The translations under genes and the position numbers were made by a program. This document shows, one piece after another, positions 1 through 6,895 of a DNA stretch of 32,000 bases. Below the pieces are notes generated by a model that saw only the letters and a program-made list of their open reading frames with translations, did not search any database and had not been told where the DNA came from. Position 1 is the first letter of the stretch, and each line of letters starts with the position of its first letter. Origin of the DNA: an uncultured Planctomycetaceae bacterium (GTDB taxonomy: Bacteria; Planctomycetota; Phycisphaerae; Phycisphaerales; Zrk34); the NCBI GenBank assembly GCA_964395825.1, contig CAYNCM010000007.1, positions 10,514 to 42,513 on the forward strand, read 5' to 3'.

Positions 1-1161
1 GTGGAGAACATCGAGCTGCCCGAGGAAGGCGCGCTCAAGTTCGAAGTGGACATCGAGGTCGTGCCCGAATTCGAGCTGCCCGACCTGAAGGATCTGAAAG
101 TCGAGAAGAAGGCCTACGAGATCACCGATGAACAGGTCGACGCGGAAATCGACCGCTACCGCGAAATGCAGGGCCAGCCGAAGAAGATCGAAGGCGACGT
201 CGAGCCGGGCGATTACCTCACCGCCGACGTGGAGGTGCGGACGGAAGACGGCGAGACGGCCGCTTCGCACCCCGCGCAAACGATCTACGTGCCCGGCGAA
301 AGCCGCAAGTTCAAGGGCGTGGTCGCCGGCATTCTCGTCGAAGACCTCGGTCACAAGCTCGCCGGCGTTAAGCCGGGCGACACGGTGAACCTCGAAGCGA
401 CCGGCCCCGAGCAGCACGAAAACGAAGCCCTGCGCGGCAAGAAACTCGCGATCGAAATCAGGATCAGCAGCGCCGAGCGCATGGAACCGATGCCGCTGGA
501 CAAGCTGCTCGAAATGGCCGGCTTCGAAACCGAAGACGAACTCCGCGGGCAGATTCACACCAACCTCGAACAGCGCGCCGCCGCCGAGCAGCAGCAGAAC
601 ATGCAACAGCAGGTGCTCGACGCCCTGCTGGACAAGGTCGATCTCGAGTTGCCCGAAAAGCTCAGCGACAAGCAGGCCGAGCGAACCCTCCAGCGCCGCC
701 GCATCGAAATGCTCTACCGCGGCATGAGCGAACAGGATATCGAGGAAAACCTCGCCGAGCTTCGCTCCGCCAGCCGCGACGACGCCCAGCGCGAACTCAA
801 GCAGTTCTTCATCCTCGACAAGATCGCCCACAAGTTCGACATCGAGGTCAGCGAAGCGGAAGTGAACGGCCGGGTGGCCCAGATGGCCATGCAGCGCGGT
901 CAGCGCCCTGAGCGGATGCGCGAGGAAATGGCCCGCAGCGGACAGCTCGATCAGCTCTACATCCAGCTCCGCGAACAGAAGGCCATCGAGAAACTGCTCG
1001 ACGAAGCCAAGCTCGTCGAGGTTCCCGCCGATCAGCCCGACGCCGACGACAAGCCCGACGACGCGAAGAAGAGCACCACCGGGAAGTCGTCAAAGGCCAA
1101 GACGACCCGGAAGAAGACCGCCCCGCAATCCGCGAGCAAGCAAGACGGCAAAGACGGGTAA
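1..1161 (+). CDS. tig: Trigger factor chaperone, 5'-truncated by the window edge
   Basis: The frame is open from base 1. The translation shows the trigger-factor FKBP-like middle region (GDYLTADVEV...GESRKFKGVVAGILVEDLGHKLAGVKPGD). It also shows the C-terminal arm domain (QQQVLDALLDKVDLELPEKL...FILDKIAHKFDIEVSEAEV). The ribosome-binding N-domain is absent, so the gene continues upstream. Stop TAA at 1159-1161. It ends in a Lys/Ser/Thr-rich ~50-aa tail. Confidence 0.85.
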   Translation: MENIELPEEGALKFEVDIEVVPEFELPDLKDLKVEKKAYEITDEQVDAEIDRYREMQGQPKKIEGDVEPGDYLTADVEVRTEDGETAASHPAQTIYVPGESRKFKGVVAGILVEDLGHKLAGVKPGDTVNLEATGPEQHENEALRGKKLAIEIRISSAERMEPMPLDKLLEMAGFETEDELRGQIHTNLEQRAAAEQQQNMQQQVLDALLDKVDLELPEKLSDKQAERTLQRRRIEMLYRGMSEQDIEENLAELRSASRDDAQRELKQFFILDKIAHKFDIEVSEAEVNGRVAQMAMQRGQRPERMREEMARSGQLDQLYIQLREQKAIEKLLDEAKLVEVPADQPDADDKPDDAKKSTTGKSSKAKTTRKKTAPQSASKQDGKDG

Positions 1162-1360
1162 TCGGACCAGACCACAGAAAAGGGGACATTCTACTTTATC
1201 GCTGGGCAGGACGGCAAAGGGGACCATCGAGGCGGATCACCGTGCTCTGGAATCAGCGATGTGAGAGTTTTGGCTGCATGCCTTGCCCCATCGCCACCTG
1301 ATCGGTGGGCGAAGACGTCGACGGGGCAAAGAATGATCAGGTCAGACGCAAAGCCGGGAC

Positions 1361-1720
1361 ATGCACGAGTTGTGCCCGATGCCCGAACGATCCACACGGA
1401 ATGTCGAACAACGGATGGAAGCGGTCATGTCGCTGCTGCGACGTGATGATGAGTCGGCGGTGAAGATCGCCCGACGCGTCGGCGTCAGCAAGCAGACGCT
1501 GTATCGCTGGCGGGATCAGTTTTTCGACGGCGGCAGGGCCGATTCCCGATACCCTCGATCAGGCGGTGGTGGCCCTGGCCATCGACAACTCCTGGTACGG
1601 CTACAATCGCATCGCCGTGATGTGCCGCCGCGACGGCCGGACCGTCACCGATCACCAGTGCGATGGTGTGATGAAGCGCCACGATCCATTGCACAAGCCC
1701 CGGCTTACGATTCCAGTTGA
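1361..1720 (+). mobile_element. IS3-family transposase relic (OrfA HTH plus start of OrfB, DDE core missing)
   Basis: One frame encodes an IS3/IS911-type HTH (SAVKIARRVGVSKQTLYRWRDQF). A second frame from ~1540 continues with the typical N-terminal segment of IS3 OrfB (IPDTLDQAVVALAIDNSWYGYNRIAVMCRRDGRTVTDHQCDGVMKRHDPLHKP). This is the usual two-frame IS3 layout. The reading frame dissolves after ~1710 and no integrase/DDE core follows. Confidence 0.55.
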
Positions 1721-1866
1721 AATGCGTGGCAAGACAATACCGCACACGCTGTTCGATGGTGATCTCGGTCGGCGATTCGCCCAGGGCGGCCATGATAACC
1801 GACGTGGATCGCTACTGCGCCAGCCGTCTTGGGCCTGAACCCCGAACGCTGCGCCCTGAATCCGCC

Positions 1867-2289
1867 TCACACCCACACGTTCACGAACAGGGCCGGTTCG
1901 ACCAGTTTGCCTTTCAGCTCGCCGATCGTGGTGGTCACGAACTTCACCTCGTACTCCGGGTGATTGTCCAGCCACTCGTTGATCTGCTGATCGAGGAACG
2001 CCAGGGCGTCTTCGCGCAGTTTGGCGTGGAAGGTCTTGACGTGGATCGCGCCTTTGCCGGTGACGTTGGGCGTGCGCGACCACTGCTCATCGTGGTGCTG
2101 CTTCGATCCGAAGGCCATGATCTGCGCCGGTGATGATTCGGCCTGCTCGTCCTCTTCCAGGTCGATCGCCGACAGCTCCTCCTCTTCGACCGCTTCGGCC
2201 TCCTCGGCCACCAGGTCTTCCTCGTCCAGCGGAATCGCTTCTTCCGGTTCGTTCTCGCCCATCGGCATGGGATTCAGTTTGTCGGCCAT
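1867..2289 (-). CDS. Hypothetical protein: strongly acidic N-terminal half plus a small conserved-looking C-terminal domain
   Basis: ORF 1867-2388. I chose the internal ATG at 2289 (MADKLNPMPMGENEPEE...), because the upstream in-frame stretch looks non-coding. N-terminal half is a run of E/D (EEDLVAEEAEAVEEEELSAIDLEEDEQAE). C-terminal ~70 aa is globular (IHVKTFHAKLREDALAFLDQQINEWLDNHPEYEVKFVTTTIGELKGKLVEPALFVNVWV). I recognise no family. Confidence 0.6.
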   Translation of the reverse strand: MADKLNPMPMGENEPEEAIPLDEEDLVAEEAEAVEEEELSAIDLEEDEQAESSPAQIMAFGSKQHHDEQWSRTPNVTGKGAIHVKTFHAKLREDALAFLDQQINEWLDNHPEYEVKFVTTTIGELKGKLVEPALFVNVWV

Positions 2290-2469
2290 GAGATGCTCCT
2301 CGATGACGTGCCAGGGCCGGGCATCGCCCAATGCGTCCCTGCGTGCTGTTGGCACATGATACCATCGCCCCGGCGGGGCCAACAACACCGACGATCATGA
2401 ATCGACGCGGCGATCAGCTCCGCCCGGTTCATCGCAGCGGGAGCCGGGGGTTTCAAATGGCGTATGGCA

Positions 2470-3126
2470 TCAGGACCGGGGACGGGGCGACGAGCCGGCC
2501 GACTCAGCGGCGCGTTGGCGCATGACCTGCTCAACCTGGCGGCGGCGGGTTTCCTCGAGCTGGTTGTTCGACCGCGCGATCGAGCGGCAGCGGATGATCT
2601 CATCGCGCCCGAACTGCTGGAGATTCGCCTCGTCACCCAGCCAGCCGTCCGGCGTGGGGATGAAGCCCACGGACATCAGCCACACCCGAACTTCCTCGTC
2701 GGTCGCCGAGCGGCCCTTCGACTCCCAGTGGTTGTGGCGCACGCGCTGCAGATCGAAATCGACAAGGATCGTCCGGCCGGAATGGCCGGCGGAAGCCGAT
2801 GCGGGCGGGCGGGGCGCGGGTGACGTGATTCCGCTGAAGCTGCGTGCCGTCGGGCCACCGGCCGTTGCCGGGATTGCCTCCTCGGGCGGAGCCACGTGGT
2901 TGTGTTCGTGCATGTTCACGGTGCGCGCGGGCGTGGTGGTGAACAACTCCAACCGCCGCACCAGCGACGCGGCCAGCAGCAGCACCGCCGCCAGCAGCAG
3001 GTACATCAAACCCTCGGGGCCGCTGGACAGGTTCCCGCCATCTTGCAGTGCCCCGCCCAGGATCACCGCGCCGCGATAGCCCATGTGAGCGCCGATCACC
3101 ACGAGAATGAGCGCGACAATCCGCAT
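2470..3126 (-). CDS. Hypothetical membrane protein (two predicted TM helices, Pro/Ala linker, soluble C-terminal domain)
   Basis: ORF 2470-3237. Start placed at ATG 3126 (MRIVALILVVIGAHMGY...), directly before the first hydrophobic helix. Second helix is LMYLLLAAVLLLAASLV. C-terminal domain is ILVDFDLQRVRHNHWESKGRSATDEEVRVWLMSVGFIPTPDGWLGDE. I recognise no family. Confidence 0.5.
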   Translation of the reverse strand: MRIVALILVVIGAHMGYRGAVILGGALQDGGNLSSGPEGLMYLLLAAVLLLAASLVRRLELFTTTPARTVNMHEHNHVAPPEEAIPATAGGPTARSFSGITSPAPRPPASASAGHSGRTILVDFDLQRVRHNHWESKGRSATDEEVRVWLMSVGFIPTPDGWLGDEANLQQFGRDEIIRCRSIARSNNQLEETRRRQVEQVMRQRAAESAGSSPRPRS

Positions 3127-3349
3127 GTCCACTCCGACATCGCCCCCGGTCGGTGGGGCGTGCGAACCTGTTCCGACGGCCGTCCGAACCCCATCGGACA
3201 CCCCCCACCCCAAACCGGTTCTCCTGTCGCGATGCATCGGCCATCCGGATGCGCCACTTGATCGGAAACTGCCCGCACGAACCGAATCCTGCCGAAGTTA
3301 TCGGCCCGGCGCGTTATCATGTTCCCGGTCCCGATCCGGAATCACCCCC

Positions 3350-5755
3350 ATGCGTTGTGCGATGATCGCCGCCGCCCTGCTCATCCTTGCCGGCTCGGCG
3401 TTCGCCACCGACCGCATCGACATCGAATCGTTCGATTACCGGTCCGTCGCCGCGGCCCGGTCGGCCTGGCGGCCGGTGGCGCCGAGCCCGCCGATCACCC
3501 TCATGCGCCGCAGCGCCGGCGGCGGGACCGTCGCCGTCATCCGCGCCGACCTCGGGAAACTCGAAGACCGCGCCTGTTACGACCGCAAGATCAAACTCGA
3601 CCTCAGCGCCGCTGGCCGCATCACGTTATCCGTCCATACCGATCGGCCCGAGGCGATCCGCAGCGGTACGATTTACTTCCAGTCCGGCGGGGGGTGGTAC
3701 GGCGGCTGGTTCGCCGTCGACGGCGACCAGTGGCAACCGATCACCCTCGACCGCCACGACTTCGCCCCCGAAGACGATCCCGCCGGCTGGTCGAACATCA
3801 CCGGTGTGCGCCTGTCGTTCTGGAAACAACCCGGTACGACCGGCCGCGTGACCGTCGCCGTCGACGATATTGCCGCCCGCACCGCACCGGTGCGCGTGGT
3901 GTTCGGCGATCGGTCGTCGGCCGATCCCGCCGAGGCCCGCTCGGTCAAACAGTATTGCCGCCGCGTGACCGATCTGCTGACACAAGCCGGCGTGAGGTTT
4001 GTGGTCATCAACGATACCGACGTTGAAGCCGGGGGCCTGTCCGGGGCGTCGGTCGCCATCTTCCCCCACAACCCGCACATGTCGCCAGAGGAAGTCGAGC
4101 GGACGATTCGCTTCATCGACACCGGCGGGAAGGTGATGGCGTTCTACAGCATTCCCGCGCGCCTCGCCGAGGCGATGGGCATGAAGCTCGTCGGCTGGCG
4201 TAAAGCGAAGCACGACGGCGAGCTGTCTTACGTTCGGTTCGCCGACCATGACCGTCAATTCCGGCAGGATTCGTGGAACATGCAGCAGGCGGCGCCGCTG
4301 GAGGAAGGCACGGCGGTGATCGCGCGCTGGGTGAATGCGGCCGGCCGCGGGGGTGACCCGGCGGTGCTGCGCTCGGGGCGCGGGCAGTGGATGACGCACG
4401 TGCTGACCGCCGGCGATGACGATGCCAAGCGCCGGTTCCTTGTGACGTCGATTGCGGCGCTGGCGCCGGCGCTCGGGCCGGCGCTGGCCGAAGCCGCGGT
4501 CGAGCGCGCCGCTGAACCGATCACCGGGGGCGCGGCGGCGGCACACCTCGATCGCGCCCGCGCCTCGGTTCCCGCTGGGCGGCTGGCCGAAGCAGAAGCG
4601 AAACTCGACGAGGCGGGCCAGTCGATCGCCCTGGCCCGGGCACACCTGGCGGCGGGGGGCCCACTCGATCTCCAGCGCGTGCTGACCTGGACCGACCGGG
4701 CCCGCGACGAGGCGCAACGCGCCATGATGCTCGCGTTTGCGACGTGGGACACGGACGTTCGCGGCGTGTGGTGTCACGATGCGGCGGGGGTGAAGGGCTG
4801 GTCGTGGAACCGGGCGGCCGAGCATCTGGCCGACTGCGGAATCAACGTGTTGTTCGTGAACATGCTGTGGGGCGGCCGGGCGTATTACCCGTCCGATCAC
4901 TTGCCCGCGGCGCCCGATTTACCCGAACGGGCCGACTACCTGCGCGACTGCCTCGCCGCCTGCCGGGCGCACGGCATCGAGGTGCACGTCTGGAAGGTCA
5001 ATTACAACCTGAGCGGGGCGCCGGCGGATTTCGTGGCGCGGATGCGGCGGGAAGGTCGGCTCCAGGCCGATCGGCAGGGCAACGAACTGCCGTGGTTGAG
5101 CCCGTCGCATCCGGACAACTTCGCGCTGGAGCGCAATTCGATGCTCGAAATCGTGCGGAAGTACGACGTGGCGGGTATTCACTTCGACTACATCCGCTAT
5201 CCGGGGGCGCGGGCGGACTATTCGAGCGGAGCGCGGCATCGCTTCGAGCGAGACGCCGGGATGACCGTTCGGCGCTGGCCGGGTGATGTGATCGACGGAC
5301 CGCTCGCCGATCGTTTTGCGCAGTGGCGGCAGGACCAGATCAGTCGGCTGGTCGAAGCGGTAAGCACCGAAGCGCATCGCATTCGGCCGGATGTGAAGGT
5401 GTCGGCCGCGGTGTTCGCCGAGTATCCTCGCTGTCGCTGGAACGTCGGACAGGACTGGGTGCGATGGGTCCGGCGCGGCTGGCTGGATTTCATCTGTCCG
5501 ATGAACTACACCCCGAGCGTCGATCAGCAGGCCCACTGGACGAAGCAGCAGCGCACACAGATCGGCCGGCGCATTCGGCTGTATCCGGGTGTGGGGGTGA
5601 CCGCGTCGCATTCGCAACTCGATCCGGTCGAAACCGCTGAGCAGATCATGGCGATCCGCGAAGCGGGCGGCGATGGGTTCGTGCTGTTCGAATACCGCCC
5701 GGCCACCGCGACCGATCACCTGCCGGCGCTGGGCGTCGGGCTGACGAAGCGGTAA
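3350..5755 (+). CDS. Secreted multidomain glycoside-hydrolase-like 10 (GHL10/DUF187) family protein
   Basis: ORF 3107-5755. Start moved to ATG 3350, which yields a signal peptide (MRCAMIAAALLILAGSAFATD). The C-terminal ~330 aa carry GHL10/DUF187 hallmarks: VRGVWCHD...GINVLFVNMLWGGRAYYPS...AHGIEVHVWKVNYN...LSPSHPDNFALERNSMLEIVRKYDVAGIHFDYIRYPG...FICPMNY. The N-terminal ~170 aa look like a beta-sandwich/CBM-like module, followed by a middle alpha/beta domain. Confidence 0.75.
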   Translation: MRCAMIAAALLILAGSAFATDRIDIESFDYRSVAAARSAWRPVAPSPPITLMRRSAGGGTVAVIRADLGKLEDRACYDRKIKLDLSAAGRITLSVHTDRPEAIRSGTIYFQSGGGWYGGWFAVDGDQWQPITLDRHDFAPEDDPAGWSNITGVRLSFWKQPGTTGRVTVAVDDIAARTAPVRVVFGDRSSADPAEARSVKQYCRRVTDLLTQAGVRFVVINDTDVEAGGLSGASVAIFPHNPHMSPEEVERTIRFIDTGGKVMAFYSIPARLAEAMGMKLVGWRKAKHDGELSYVRFADHDRQFRQDSWNMQQAAPLEEGTAVIARWVNAAGRGGDPAVLRSGRGQWMTHVLTAGDDDAKRRFLVTSIAALAPALGPALAEAAVERAAEPITGGAAAAHLDRARASVPAGRLAEAEAKLDEAGQSIALARAHLAAGGPLDLQRVLTWTDRARDEAQRAMMLAFATWDTDVRGVWCHDAAGVKGWSWNRAAEHLADCGINVLFVNMLWGGRAYYPSDHLPAAPDLPERADYLRDCLAACRAHGIEVHVWKVNYNLSGAPADFVARMRREGRLQADRQGNELPWLSPSHPDNFALERNSMLEIVRKYDVAGIHFDYIRYPGARADYSSGARHRFERDAGMTVRRWPGDVIDGPLADRFAQWRQDQISRLVEAVSTEAHRIRPDVKVSAAVFAEYPRCRWNVGQDWVRWVRRGWLDFICPMNYTPSVDQQAHWTKQQRTQIGRRIRLYPGVGVTASHSQLDPVETAEQIMAIREAGGDGFVLFEYRPATATDHLPALGVGLTKR

Positions 5756-5770
5756 GCGCGGTGGGGCCGA

Positions 5771-6895
5771 TCAGATGGGCTTGTCGTATATCCGCCAGGT
5801 TCTGGTGATGTCGAGTCCGGCCCGGCGGAGGCTGCCGCAGGCCAGGCCGTTCGATTCGAGCACCCACGAAAACTCCGCCGTCCGGATGCCCCAGTCGACC
5901 GCCGGCTGAGCCAGGCTGCTCATCATCAGCAGCACCAGCCCCGTGCGCTGGTAATCGGGCATGACCGTCGTCGCCAGCGCCCGCAGGTTGGTCAGCTTCC
6001 GCCGCCGGCCGAGCAGCGAGAGAAACCCGAACGGCAACAGCCGACCGTCGATCCGCCGGATCAGCGGGTTGTAATCGAGGATGTAGAACAGCGCGCCGAT
6101 CGTTTTGCCGTCGACCTCGGCGTAGGCGGTGAACTCGGGTACGATCAGGTGTCGCAGATCGCGGGCGATGTGGCGGACCTCCGATGCCGACAGCGGCACG
6201 AACCCCCACGTGTGCTCCAGCGAACGGTTGTAGATTTCCAGGTAGGTCATCACGTCGCGCAGGAAGTGCCGCCGATCCAGCGGGCGAATCATCAGGTTCG
6301 GCGTATCGAGGGCGCGGCGCACCGGCTCGCCGTACTTCTCGATCAGTCCGGGCAGCATGTCGATGTGCCCGGTGAACGCCAGAAGGTTCTGTGCCCCCGC
6401 GTAGCCGCACGCTTCGACCAGTTGCCGGTAGTACGGCTTGTGGTAGGGCATCATGAACGCCGACGGCGAGTCGAAACCTTCAACCAGCAGGCCGCACTCG
6501 TAATTCTGACTGGGATTCACCGGCCCGCGCACGGCGGTCTGCCCGCGCTCGGCCAGCCAGCGCTCGCCGGCGTCGAACAAGGCGCGGGCGCTGTCGACAT
6601 CCTCCTCGCACTCGAAGAACCCAAAGAACCCGCGCTGTTCGTTGTGCGTGTGGTTGTGGGCACGGTTGACGATCGCGCTGATCCGTCCGGTGATGCGCCC
6701 ATCGCGCTCAGCGATAAACGTCTGCGCCTCGGCCTGGTCGTAGAACGGATGCGACGCATAGCCGAGCAACTGGCGATGGCTGGCCAGAATCGGCGGGGTC
6801 CAGTGGGGATCATCGCGATACAGCCGCCAGGGCAGGTGAATGAAGCGGCGGCGGTCGGATCGGGATTGGACGGGCCGGACGGCTGGACGGGTCAT
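5771..6895 (-). CDS. GNAT-fold N-acyltransferase-like protein (~374 aa), translationally coupled to the upstream FAAL-ACP-AONS gene
   Basis: The ATG at 6893-6895 overlaps the upstream TGA at 6892-6894 (ATGA). The C-terminal half has a GNAT motif-A-like segment (VMPDYQRTGLVLLMM) and the tail SWVLESNGLACGSLRRAGL...RIYDKPI. The N-terminal half (FIHLPWRLYRDDPHWTPPIL...GFFGFFECEED...VRGPVNPSQNYECGLLVEGFD...MPYHKPYYRQLVEACGY) matches a widespread long-GNAT family of unknown substrate, as far as I can recall. Confidence 0.7.
   Translation of the reverse strand: MTRPAVRPVQSRSDRRRFIHLPWRLYRDDPHWTPPILASHRQLLGYASHPFYDQAEAQTFIAERDGRITGRISAIVNRAHNHTHNEQRGFFGFFECEEDVDSARALFDAGERWLAERGQTAVRGPVNPSQNYECGLLVEGFDSPSAFMMPYHKPYYRQLVEACGYAGAQNLLAFTGHIDMLPGLIEKYGEPVRRALDTPNLMIRPLDRRHFLRDVMTYLEIYNRSLEHTWGFVPLSASEVRHIARDLRHLIVPEFTAYAEVDGKTIGALFYILDYNPLIRRIDGRLLPFGFLSLLGRRRKLTNLRALATTVMPDYQRTGLVLLMMSSLAQPAVDWGIRTAEFSWVLESNGLACGSLRRAGLDITRTWRIYDKPI

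Noticed and set aside
1179-1224. Direct repeat AAAGGGGAC at 1179-1187 and 1216-1224, downstream of tig and upstream of the IS3 relic. A possible IS end or target duplication.
   Set aside because: It is only 9 bp. It is not positioned symmetrically around the relic, whose other end is missing. It cannot be told apart from chance.
3107-3349. 81-codon N-terminal extension of the GHL10 ORF.
   Set aside because: ATG 3350 yields a textbook signal peptide. The extension overlaps the start of the divergent membrane-protein gene (3126) and is Pro/Arg/Ser-rich.
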